Assembly (NCBI RefSeq): GCF_020745735.1
Contig: NW_026867526.1
Span: forward strand, 1,218,416-1,282,415
DNA length: 64,000 bases
Source of the DNA: Hemiscyllium ocellatum
Taxonomy: Eukaryota
Direction of reading: 5' to 3'
In this document: piece after piece, positions 48,795 to 60,627 of the stretch
Layout of the letters: every line of letters starts with the position of its first letter
How positions within the stretch are numbered: the first letter of the stretch is position 1
Position numbers and translations under genes: made by a program
Notes under the pieces: model-generated
Databases searched by the model: none
What the model was told of the DNA's origin: nothing
The model's input: the letters and a program-made list of their open reading frames with translations, nothing else

Positions 48795-49614
48795 AGAGCA
48801 CTAGCAAACCTCCCCCCAAGGACACTGGTGCCCCTCAGGTTCAGGTGTAGCCCATCCTTTTTATAGAGGTCCCACCTTCCCCAGAAAGGACCCCAGTTGT
48901 CCAGAAACCGGAATCCCTCCCTCCTGCACCATCCCTGTAGCCACGCATTTAACTGCTCTCTCTCCCTATTCCTCGACTCTCTATCACGTGGCACGGGTAA
49001 CAAACCAGAGACTACAACTGTTTGTTCTAACTCTGAGCTTCCAACCTAGCTCCCTGTAAGCCTGTCTGACATCCTCACCCTTCTTCCTACCTATATCGTT
49101 GGTGCCAACGTGGACCACGATCTGGGGCTGCTCCCCCTCCCCCTTAAGGACCCGGAAAACACGATCAGCGACATCACGTACCCTTGCACCTGGGAGGCAA
49201 CATACCAAACGTGAGTCCCTGTCGCCCCCACAAAACCGTCTGTCTGTACCCCTCACTATTGAGTCCCCAAGAACTATTGCTCTACCTTTCTCCACCCTAC
49301 CCTTCTGAGCAACGGGGCCAGGCTCCGTGCCAGAGGCCTGAACCTCGTTGCTTGCCCCTGGTAAGTCATCCCCCCCACAAGTATCCAAAACGGTATACTT
49401 GTTCTTGAGGGGAATGACCGCAGGGGGTCCCTGCACTGGCTTCCTCCTCCCACTCCCCCTCACTGTCACCCATCTATCTTGAACTTTCGGAGTAACTACT
49501 TGCCTAAAGCTCCGATCTATGACCTCCTCTGCCTCCCGAATGATCCGCAGTTCATCCAACTCCAGCTCCAGTTCCCTAACACGGGTTTGGAGGAGCTGGA
49601 GATGGGTGCACCCC
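48776..49614 (-). pseudogene. CR1 ORF1 (coiled coil + SGNH esterase domain), frameshifted
   Basis: LGDSIVRG, PGA, HVGTND and DGLH motifs split between ORFs 48984-49622 and 48776-49003 by an apparent 2-bp deletion near 49020. Confidence 0.88.
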
Positions 49615-50700
49615 AGATGCACAGTGTTACGAGCAATGCATTAGCATGGACAGAAAACTGGTTAACTAACAGAATGCAAAACGTGGGGATAAATGGGTGT
49701 TTTTCTGGTTGGCAATCAGTGGCGAGTGGTGTGTCTCAGGGATGAGTGTTGGCACTGCAATTGTTTACAATTCAGGTAGATTGCTTCGAGTTAGAGATCC
49801 AAGTGTAGTGTGTTGTAGTTTGCAGAAGGCACTTAAATGAGTGATAGAGCAAAGTGTGCAGGTGGATATAGATAGGTTAAGTGAGTGGGCAAGAGTCTGG
49901 CAGATGGAGTACAATGTTAATAAACGTGAGGTCATCCATTTTGGTAGGAATAATAACAAACAGAATGCTGCTGTGCAGGGGGACTTGGCTGTTCTTGTGC
50001 ATGAAACAAAACAGTATGGTTTGCAGGTACAGTAGCTAATTAGGAAGACAAATGGAATAATGTCCTTCATTGGCTGTGGATAGAGTTTAAAATTAGGACT
50101 TTCTGTTGCAGCTGTATAGGGCGCTGGTGTGACCATGCCTGAAGTATTCTGTACACTTTTCATCGCCTTACATGAGATGGCACTGGGGTGGGGTTTGCTG
50201 AGGAGGTTGATTACGTTGATTCTGGAAATGAGGGGGTTGGCTTGTGAGGAGAGATTGAGCAGACTGGGATTATACTCATTGGAATTCAGAAGAATGTGGG
50301 AGGGGGGTTGTAAAATTATAAATGGAATAGATAAGACAGAAGCAGGGAGGCTATTTCCACTGGTGGGTGAAATTAGAATGACGGGGCATAACATCAAAAT
50401 AAGGGCAACAGATTTAGGACTGAGTTGAGGATCAACATCTTCACCCAAAGGGTTGTGAATCTGTGGAATCCCCTGCCTAGTGAAGCAGCTGAGGCCAACC
50501 TGTTGAATGTTTTAAAGGTGAAAATAGATTTTTTTAACAGTAAAGGAATGGAGGGTTATAGTGAGCGGGTGGGTAAGTGGAATCTTAATCCATTGAAAGA
50601 TGATCCATGATGTTATTTAAAGGAAGAGCAGACTCATGGGGTCAGATGGCCTACTCCTGATCGTATTTCTAATGTTTGGATGTTGTTATGTTCTAACAGG
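49615..50700 (+). mobile_element. Older decayed CR1 RT/3' end, right part of the host element
   Basis: SGVSQG, DIDRLSEWARVWQMEYNV, LGLYSLEFRR fragments with stops and frameshifts. Confidence 0.8.
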
Positions 50701-50829
50701 CCTCCCATCCAAAACGTAATGCTCTCTGACTACTAAGTAAAAACTGAAAGAACTGTGGGTGCTGTGTATCAGAAACAAAAACGGAAACTGCTGGAAATGT
50801 TCAGAAGGTCTGGCAGCATCTCTGGTGTG

Positions 50830-52610
50830 AAAGGCTCACCAGTTTATGGTTCCCTGGCTTTTCCATACAACTTTCTTCAATAATGTTGCCACATTAGTCA
50901 CTCTCCAGTCTTCTGGCATCTCATCTATGATTATCAACGATACAAATATCTCAGCAAGGGGTCCACGAATCTCTTCCCTAGTTTCCCACAAAGTTCGGAG
51001 AAAACCTAACCAGGTCTCCAGGATTTATTTCCATTTTTCTACTGTAAGACCTCCAACACCGCCTCTTCTGTAAGATGAACTCATTTTAAGATCACATTAT
51101 TTATTTCCCAAGTTCCTTAGCTTCTATGCTCCTGTCTACTGTAAATATTGATACAAAATATTTGCTTAGTGTCTCAGCCATCTCCTGTGGTTCCATGCAT
51201 GGAAAGCCATGTTGATCTTTAAGGGCTGTATTCTCTCCTTAGTTATTCTTTTAACCTTAAAATAATTTTAGAATCTTTGCGGATTCTCCTTAATTCTATT
51301 TGCCAAAGCAATTTCATGCCCCCTTTTTTCCCTCATGATTTCCTGGTTAAGGATACTCTGACTGCCCTTATCCCCTTCTCAGGATTCACTCAATCCCAGC
51401 TGTCTATATCTGATGAATGCCCCCTTCGTTTTCTGGACAGGAGTTGCAATTTCCCTCATCATTGAGCTTTTCCCATGCCTTGCCCTTCACACAAACAGAA
51501 ACATACCATCACTGAACTCTCATTGTCTCATTCTTAAAGGCCTCCCACTTGTCAGCCGTCCCTTTACCTGAGAATAACCTCCCCCAACCAACTTCTCAAA
51601 GTCTTCTACCTTCGAAACTGGCCACATTCCAATTTGAAACTTTCATTTTTAAATCAATTCTATCCTTTCTCATCATTATTATTAAACCAATAGAATTATG
51701 ATCACTTTCCCTGAAGTGTGCCCCTACAGACACCTCAGTCACTTGTCCTGCCTTGATTCCCAACAGAAGGTCAAGTATTGCGAACTGTCCAGTAGGTGCA
51801 TCCACATATTGAATAACAACGTTTTCTTGTACACACTTAACCAATTTCTCCACATTCCAAGATCTAAACACTACCCCAAACTCTGTTTGGAAAGTTAAAA
51901 TTCCCTACCATTATCCTCTTTCCTTACAGATAGCATAATCGCTTGTAAATTTCCCACTGACTATTAGGAGGCCCATTTTACAATCCCAGCAAGGTCATCA
52001 CCTCTTTCTTATTTTTAAGTTTCATCCATATAACTTCACTGGGCAGTCTCCAAGAAATGTCCTCTCTACATCCAGCTGTAATGTTCTTTCTAACCAAAAC
52101 ACCACTCCATCTCCTCTCTTGCTCCTCTGTCTATACATTCTATAACATCTGTATCCTGGAACATTAAATTGCCAGTCCTGTTCATCCCTGACCCACATTT
52201 CTGTAATGGGAATGTTATCCTTGTCCCACATTCCCATCTATGCCCTATGTTCATCTGTCTCACATGTCAGATCTCTTGCATCGAAGTAAATGCAGTTTAG
52301 CAGTCTTACCTTGCTCTTGCCAAACTGTTGTCTGCCTTGACCCCTAGAATTGCTCACCACATCTCACCTCAAAAATTTCTCTTTTCTCACTATCTTGTTG
52401 GTTCCCACCATCCCCCTTACTAATTTAAAACCTTCAGCATACTGCTAGCAAATTTCCCCACAAGAATATCGGTCCCCTTCCAATTCAGGTCCCTCTTATA
52501 TAGGTCATTTCTATCCCTGAAGAGATCCCAATGATTGAAAAATGGGAATCCTAACCCCTGCAGCAGCTCCTCAGCTACACATTCGCTGCTCTATCTGACT
52601 GTTCCTAATC
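50830..52610 (-). mobile_element. Decayed CR1 (ORF1 end, EN, linker)
   Basis: CVQENVVIQYVDAPT...ILDLLLG...ESDHNSI; PGYRCYR. Confidence 0.65.
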
Positions 52611-53649
52611 TCAGTATTCCATTAGTTTTTAAACAAACCCCAACATGACATTTGCCATCTTTATTGACAGTTGAAATTAAAAGCTAACTTTTTGTGGTTC
52701 GGAGATGCAGACTTCCTGTAGATTTCTGAATTCAATCTCTATCTTGCCTGTTAAAATGCACAAGTTCACTGTTTATGCCTGTTCTCATTTATTTAATCCA
52801 CATTACATTAATGTGCAAAGCTCCTTGTTCACTCCCGTCCTATCTGTATCGCTCCACAAACTTCTTTTTGTGTCATACTCACCACTTGTCTCTGCTCCAA
52901 TTTTTGTGTCATTCGCAAACTTGCCTACAATATATTCACTTTCCTCATCTAAGTCATCAAAATACTTTGTAAATTTTTTTTCTCCCCCAGAACAGATTTA
53001 TGTGGTACTCCACAGATTGACATCCTGTAAAATAAAACACTTCATCAAACTTTTCTGATTGGGATTTCAAAAATCCTCTCTCCACGTTAATACAGTCCCT
53101 CCAAAGCCAAGGCTCCTTTCTTATTCAGTAATCTTATGCATGGCTGCTGTCAAACACCTTCAGAAAATCAAAACATATTACAATCATGTTTTCCTCCATT
53201 TTCTCCAAGAATTCCAATACATTTATCAGGCAAGATTTCCATTTTGTAAAGCCATTCTCAGTTTTCTGCTGTAACATTCTTTTTTAAAGACTCCACCATT
53301 TTTTTCAATAAATGATGTTAAACTAAGTAGCCTCAGTCAACCTTTTGTGTGCCTTAACTTTTTATGAGTGAAGGTGTTGGTTGAAGGATCTACTATCAGC
53401 CGTCACTTCCACCTGCTGGAGAAGCACTGTCATCTACTGTGAAAAACTCAACAAAATGTATCTATGTTCATTTACTGAGAAAGCAATTCCACAAATGTTC
53501 TAGCTCATCACCTTCTGCTGGCGGTCCCAGATTTTATGAAGCAATTCATTGAAAGTCGACAAGGCTAATTAGCATCAATCCAAGATCAATAATTAAGCAG
53601 AAATATCTCAATTCCTGGTCATGTATTTTTGTTCATCTCTTTTTAGGAC

Positions 53650-54840
53650 ATTAGCTTTGACAATGTGGAGACTGTATGGGTGGAGCTGTGAAATACCAAA
53701 GGACAAAAAACATTAGTGGGTGTCATACACAGACCCCCAGACTGCAGTGGTCATATCGGAATAGTATTAAACAGGAAATTAGCCAAGCATGTGATATGGA
53801 GACATCTGTGATCATGGGTGATTTTAATCTGCATCTAGATTGGACAAATCAAATTAGCCACAATGTCTTAGAGGAAAAATTCCTGGAGTACATGCGGGAT
53901 GGTTTTTTAACCAATATGTGGATGAACCAACTAGAGAGCAGGCCATCTTAGACTGGGTACTGTGTAATGAGAAGGGAATCATTGCCAATCTAGCTGCGTG
54001 AGACTCCTTGGGGATGAGTGACCATGACATGATACAACTTTTTTATCAAGATGGAGAGTGAGCCAGCTGATTTGGAGACTAGGGTGCTGAATTTTAATAA
54101 AGGAAACTATGAAGACATATAAGGCATGAGTTGGCGTTGATAGATCAGTGAAAGTTGCTTAAAGGTGTGACAGTAGATAGGCATTGGCAAATATTCAAGG
54201 AAATCATGGGGGAACTGCAACAACTATTTATTCCTGTCTGGTACAAAAGCAAAATGGGTAACAGGGCCAATCCATGGCTTATAAAGGAAATTAGATAGCA
54301 TCCAATTGAAGGAAATAGCATAGAAATGGGCCAAGAAAAATAATAGGTCTGATGTTTGAGAGCAGTTTTGAATTCAGCAAAGAAGGACCAAGGGATTGAT
54401 TAAGATGGGGAAAACAGTCCAAAAGAAAGTAAGCTTGCAGGGAGCATGAAGACTGACGCTACAAGGTTCTACAGTGCATGAAGAGAAAGAGATTGATGAA
54501 GACAAATGGTAGGTCCCTCCAGATGGAAATTGGGGAAATGTATAACAAAGGACAACGAAACAGCTGAGCAATTGTATCCATCCTTTAGTTCTGTCTTCAC
54601 AAAAACCGACAGTTATACAGGAGGTGGGTGAGGCTGCAGTTGGAGCATGTGTTCTGTTTTAGTCACCTTGCTCGAGGAAGGATGTTATTAAACTGGAAAG
54701 GTGCAGAAGAAATTTCTAAGGATGTTGCTCGCACTCAGTGTTATAAGGAGAGGCTGAACAAGCTAGAACTTCTTTTCTTGGCAGTCTAGGAGACTGAGAG
54801 GGGATCTTATAGAACTGTACAAAATTATGAGAGGCATACA
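53650..54840 (+). mobile_element. Decayed CR1 EN-RT fragment
   Basis: VIMGDFNLHLDW...FLEYMRDGFL. Confidence 0.7.
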
Positions 54841-55221
54841 CTCAGTCTTTTTTGTCTTGAAGAAGTTTTCCTCCTCTGTCTACAAGATCTTTCCACTCTG
54901 CAGGCTCCCTGCCTCTATTCCTGATGGAGGGTTTTTGCCCGACACGTCGATTTTCCTGCTCCTCGGACGCTGCCTGTGTTTTTCCAGGTCCACTCTCATC
55001 TAGACTCTGGTTTCCAGCATCTGCAGTCATTGTTTTCAATTAATTGGTTTATATCAGACAGGGGGAGATTGGCGTCAGTGTCTGTGGGGCTGGTTTATAT
55101 CAGACAGGCAGAGATTGGCGTCAGTGTCTGTGGGGCTGGTTTATATCAGACAGGCAGAGCTGAAAAATGTGTTGCTGGAAAAGCGCAGCAGGTCATGCAG
55201 CATCCAAAGAGCAGGAGAATC

Positions 55222-55249
55222 GACGTTTCGGGCATGAGCCCTTCTTCAG
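55222..55249 (-). ncRNA. Minimal type-I hammerhead ribozyme motif (intact core) in a Penelope terminus
   Basis: Reverse complement reads CTGAAGAAGGGCTCATGCCCGAAACGTC, identical to the 56003 copy. Confidence 0.75.
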
Positions 55250-56002
55250 GAATGAGGAAAGTGTGTCCAGCAGGCTAAGATAAAAGGTAGGGAGGAGGGA
55301 CTTGGGGGAGGGACGTTGGAAATGCGATAGGTGGAAGGAGGTCAAGGTGATGGTGATAGGCTGGAGTGGGGGTGGGGACAGAGAGGTCAGGAAGAAGATT
55401 GCAGGTTAGGAAGGCAGTGCTGAGTTCGAGGGATTTGACTGAGACAAGGTGGGGAGAGGGGAAATGAGGAAGCTGGAGAAATCTAGTTTCATCCCTTGTG
55501 GTTGGAGGGTTCCTAGGCAGAAGATGAGGCGCTCTTCCTCCAGCCATCGTGTTGCTATGGTCTGGCGATGGAGGAGTCCAAGGACCTGCATGTCCTTGGT
55601 GGAGTGGGAAGGGGAGTTGAAGTGTTGAACCACGGGGTGGTTGGGTTGCTTGGTCCGGGTGTCCCAGAGGTGTTCCCTGAAATGTTCTGCAAGTAGGCAG
55701 CCTGTCTCCCCATCATTGGGGGAAGAGCACCTCATCTTCCGCCTAGGAACCCTCCAACCACAAGGGATGAACCTAGATTTCTCCAGCTTCCTCATTTCCT
55801 CCACCTTGTCTCAGTCAAATCCCTTGAACTCAGCACCGCCTTCCTAACCTGCAATCTTCTTCCTGACCTCTCCGCCCCCACTCCCACTCCGGCCTATCAC
55901 CCTCACCTTGACCTCCTTCCACCCATCGCATTTCCAACACCCCTCCCCCAGGTCCCTCCTTCCTACTTTTATCTTAGCCTGCTGGACACACTTTCCTCAT
56001 TC

Positions 56003-56030
56003 CTGAAGAAGGGCTCATGCCCGAAACGTC
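56003..56030 (+). ncRNA. Minimal type-I hammerhead ribozyme motif (intact core) in a Penelope terminus
   Basis: CTGAAGA-A-GGGC-TCAT-GCCC-GAAA-CGTC: conserved core, 4-bp stem II, palindromic ACGU stem III, GUC cleavage triplet. Confidence 0.75.
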
Positions 56031-58429
56031 GATTCTCCTGCTCTTTGGATGCTGCCTGACCTGCTGCGCTTTTCCAGCAACACATTTTCAGCTCTGATCT
56101 CTAGCATCTGCAGTCCTCACTTTCTTCTATCAGACAGGCAGAGATTGGCGTCAGTGACTGTGGGGCTATCAGACTGGGGGAGATTGGTGTCAGTGACTGT
56201 GGGGCTGGTTTATATCAGACTGGGGGAGATTGGTGACTGTGGGGCTGGTTCTGCAGACTCCCTGCCTCTATCCCTGATGAAGGGTTTTTGCCCGACACGT
56301 CGATTTTCCTGCTTCTCGGATGCTGACTGACGTGCTGTGCTTTTCCAGCACCACTCTCATCTAGATTCTGGTTTCCAGCATCTGCAGCCCTTGTTTTTTA
56401 ACTAGTTGGTTTATATCAGACAGGCAGAGATTGGCGTCAATGTCTGTGGGGCTGGTTTATAGCAGACAGTCAGAGATTAGTGTCAGTGACTGTGGGGCTG
56501 GTTTATATCAGACTGGGGGAGATTGGTGTTAGTGACTGTGGGGCTGGTTTATATCAGACTGGGGGAGATTGGTGTTAGTGTCTGTGGGGCTGGTTTATAT
56601 CAGACTGGGGGAGATTGGTGTCAGTGACTGTGGGCTGGTTTATATCAGACTGGGGGAGATTGGTGTCAGTGTCTGTGGGGCTGGTTTATATCAGACTGGG
56701 GGAGATTGGTGTCAGTGACTGTGGGGCTGGTTTATATCAGACAGGGGAGATTGGTGTCAGTGACTGTGGGGCTGGTTATATCAGACTGGGGGAGATTGGT
56801 GTTAGTGACTGTGGGGCTGGTTTATATCAGACTGGGGGAGATTGGTGTCAGTGTCTGTGGGGCTGGTTTATATCAGACTGGGGGAGATTGGTGTTAGTGT
56901 CTGTGGGGCTGGTTTATATCAGACTGGAGGAAAATGTTGTCACTGTCTGTGGGACAGGGTGAAATCAGACATGGGGAGATTTGTGTCTGTGGGGTGGTTT
57001 ATATTCAACAGGGGGTGATTGGTGTCAGTGAGCGAGGGGCTGGTTTATATCTGACAGGAGGAGTTTGGTGAGGACGTTATAAAGCCAGAAAAGGATCACT
57101 TCATGCTTTAATTCTCTTTCAAGGCATACTGGGCACTCAAGGCTTAAACATTCCACTGTGAAACAGACTCACACAGTATCAATTACAGAATAGACAGAAC
57201 ATCTCAGTAGGATAACTGAATCTTCGTGAAGGAATCCATTGCAGCCACACATGTGGATTCCTCTGCAGTCTCAGGCAACGGTATTTGTCCTCCCCAGCCC
57301 AGACTGATAGCCTTGGCCACAACCCTGTTAAACTGCCTCCTGCTCCCATTATCTTGCTTCCTCTCCATATTAGCATAGGGATGTGATTCCCCGTTGAAAA
57401 CAGGCAAAACCCTTCAGTTTTAATCTCTTCCCATTGATACATGATCATGAAGAATACGATAATCAGTCGTTATTGCAGGACATCAACATTCACCGGACCT
57501 TGTAAAATTATAATTGCCCATCTTAAACAATGTAACGACAGTCAACCATGTGGATTATAGACCTTTTGTATCACCACAAGTAGACACACAACTACTTTCA
57601 GGGACATGGAGAATCCCGCGCTGCACTCCGATAATAAAGCATCTGCTGTTGTACTGAAACTTGTGTCGTCTGGATTTGTGGAACAAAATATAGATTAACA
57701 GCCTCACAATTCTATGTTTGACTTTTCATTTTCAATCAGGAAGTGTCTGCTTCGCCTTCCCATATCTAACAAACCATCAGATTTCATCTCTGCAGCTTCA
57801 GATCCTCTCTGTAACCACAAATAAACACTGAGTGATGAAGATATTTAGCAGGTGCAGAAGCATCTGCAGAGAGCGAGAACAGAGTTCAAACCCAGGTCTG
57901 ACAGTGTGTCAGAATAAAGCTCAATCTTGTGGCACTGCCACATTGACAATTGTTAGTGCCAACACCTCAATCAAAGGCTCTTCATTGTCCTGTTGTTTAT
58001 CGAATGGCAGTGGTCTACAGTGCAGAACAAGTCCCTTCAGCCCATTGCTTCTGTGCCAGTCATAAACAACCATCAAACTATGGTAATCTCATTTCTCAGC
58101 CCTCGGCCCATCACCTTGTATAAGGTAAAAACAAGGACTGCAGATGCTGGAAACCAGAGTCTAGATTAGAGTGGTGCTGGAAAAGCCCAGCAAGTCAGGC
58201 AGCATCCAAGGGGCAGGAAAATTGACGTTTCGGGCAAACAGGACAGACTACAGATTCAAAAACACCAGCAACGGTTCTCCTTCAAGACTCATCACCTTGT
58301 ATGTCTTGGCATTGCAAGTGCACATCTGAATCCTTCTTCAATGATTCGAGAGCTTCTGTCTGTAATACCCTTCCGGCAGTGAATTCAGTTTCTCACCACC
58401 CTCTGGGTGAAAGCCTTTTCCCTTCATTA

Positions 58430-60620
58430 TACAGACCATGAGTATAGGAGTTAGGACATCATGTGGAGGTTGTACAGGCCTCTTCTAGAATACTGTGCCC
58501 AATTCTGGTCTCCCTGTTATAGGAGGGGTATTGTTAAACTGTTCAGAAATTATTTACGAGGATGTTGTCAGGACTGGAGGGTTTGAGTTATATGGAAAGG
58601 AGCTTGAAGGTTGAGGGGTGACCTTACAGAGGTTTATAGTATAATAAGGAGCATATATAAGGTGAATGTCAGATGTCTTTTCCCTCGGGTGATAGACTTC
58701 AGGGTTTGTATATGAAGAGGAAGTGATTAGAGAGATATGGAACAAGGACAGGTAAATGGGACTAGGGTAAATTAGGATATCTGGTCAGCATGGATGAGTT
58801 GGGCCGAAGGATCTGTTTCTGAGCTGTATATCTCTATTATTCGATGACATGGTTGAGATGTATAAAATCATGAAGGATGTTCATAAGGTAGATCATGGGG
58901 AAATTTTCCCCTTGGACTAGGGAGCTTATTCCCCCTAGACTTCAGCACTAGGGGACATACTTTTAAAGTGAGAGGAGAAAGATTTAAAAGGGAAATGAGG
59001 TTCAACTTGTTCTACACAGAGAGTGGTTCATGAGGAATTAATGGATGCGGGTTCAGTTCCAATGTTTAAAAGGTATTTGGACAAACAGGAAAGTATTGAA
59101 GGGATATGGGCCAGGAGCAGGTGGTGGGACTAGTTTTGTTTGGGATTATGGTTAGCATGGACTTTGGGGGGAACCAAAAGGTCTGTTTCCATGCTGTATG
59201 ACTTTATCACTGACATTCCCCTTCAGTCTCCTGCCCCTCACCTTAAATATCTGCACTGCCTTCCAGTCTTTACAACATTTGTCTGAATTGGTTCCTCCAT
59301 CAAGGGGAATATTTCCTTACTGTCTACCCAATCAACACCTCTCATTATTTTGTACATCTCAGTGATGTCATAGAGTCAAACAGATGTACAACACAGAAAC
59401 AGATCCTTCAGCCCAACTCGTCCATGCTAACCAGATATCCAAAATTAACCTCGTCCCATTTACCAGCACTTGGCCCTCTAATCCCTTCCAGTTCAAATTA
59501 AAACTCACCCAACATCAGGTTATAATCCAACAGGTTTATTTGGAACCACTAGCTTTCCGAACACTGCTCCTTCATCAGGTGGTTGTGGAGTTTTCTTCTA
59601 CCCCTCCCGATGCCTTTTATATGTTACTAGCCTTGTACTGGCCTGCACTTCCTCTTGCATACACGCACCGCCTGTTGCATGAAAAACTTGCCCCTTAGAA
59701 CCCTTGTAAGTCTTTCCCCTCTCACCCTAAAACCTATGCCCTCTAGTTCTGGACTCCCCCACCCCAGGGAAAAGACCTTGTCTATTTACCCTATCCATGC
59801 ATCCATGATTTTATAAATCTCTTGAAGGTCACTCCTCAGCCTTCGACACTCCAGGGAAGACAGTTCCAGCCTATTCAGCCTTTCCTGTAGTTCAAACCCT
59901 CCAACCCTGGCAACATCCTTGTAAATCTTTTCTGAACCCTTTCAAATTTCACAACATCCTTTCTATAGGATTCAGAGCAGAATTGCACACAATACTCCAA
60001 AGGTAGACTAACCAATGTCCTGTACAGCCACAACATGACCTCCAAACTCCTTTACTCAATGCTCTGACTAATAAGGGAAAGCATATCAAATGCCTTCGTC
60101 ACTATCCTATCTACCTGTGACTCCCCTCTCAATCTCTCTGGTCGAAGGAAAACGACCCAATCTTTCCAGTCGCTCTTCATAACTGAAACTCTCCAGCTCA
60201 GAAAACATCTTTCCAAGTCTTGAGTACTAACACATCCCTCCTTAAATGGGGATTCCAGAAATGCAGACAACAAGCTAGCTATCCCCAATGTTTTCGACAG
60301 TTCTAACAGAACTTCCCAGCTCAAACTCTGTGCTTAACAAGGAAAGGCGAGTTTATCACCTGCCCTGCTGTTTAAGTGACTGGTGGACATGCACAACAAG
60401 GTCCCTCTGATCTTCAGTGCTTCCCAGGGCCCTATAGTTCATCATGTATTCCCTTACCATGTTTGTCCTCCTATGATCTAAGCCCATCTTCCTCACTGTT
60501 TACCACCACACTAGTTTTCATATCATCTGTGAACTCACTGATCAGTCCTCCAACTTTCAAGTGAAAGTTATTTCCACAAACTTCGAAACTGCAAGGACCC
60601 AATACTGGCCTCTGCAAGAT
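58430..60620. mobile_element. Mosaic of CR1 fragments in both orientations with a Penelope terminus (~59503-59590)
   Basis: LEYCAQFWSP-type remnants and CR1 tails on both strands. Confidence 0.6.
59550..59578 (-). ncRNA. Hammerhead motif of a second Penelope family (AGCU stem III)
   Basis: CTGATGA-A-GGAGC-AGT-GTTCG-GAAA-GCTA; basal stem II pair mismatched. Confidence 0.45.
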
Positions 60621-60627
60621 CCCACTG

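Larger units (their letters stand above)
45816..49614 (-). mobile_element. Young near-full-length CR1 LINE, 5'-truncated within ORF1, nested in an older CR1
   Basis: ORF1 and ORF2 remnants plus (TTCTATG)n tail at 45816; host element sequence ...CATAAGATAAA|...|AGATGCACAGTG rejoins across the insertion. Confidence 0.95.
55160..56127. mobile_element. Inverted (head-to-head) pair of Penelope terminal fragments inserted in the minisatellite
   Basis: Left arm on minus, right arm on plus, each with GIY-YIG tail plus terminal repeat; flanked by a 16-bp direct repeat TATCAGACAGGCAGAG (55144-55159, 56128-56143). Confidence 0.9.
55044..57065. repeat. 46-bp G-rich minisatellite, interrupted by Penelope fragments
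   Basis: Unit GGGGCTGGTTTATATCAGACTGGGGGAGATTGGTGTCAGTGACTGT; period 46 (e.g. 56491 to 56537). Confidence 0.92.

Noticed and set aside
46329-48804. Long plus-strand ORFs (46585-47106, 48355-48804) and their counterparts at 12138-12620
   Set aside because: Antisense shadows of CR1 ORF2, reproduced in both copies only because the elements are homologous.
55044-57065. CRISPR-like array, or coding ORFs (56615-56962 etc.) in the 46-bp repeat
   Set aside because: Units are contiguous with no unique spacers and there are no cas genes in this eukaryotic locus; the ORFs just cycle through the repeat's frames.
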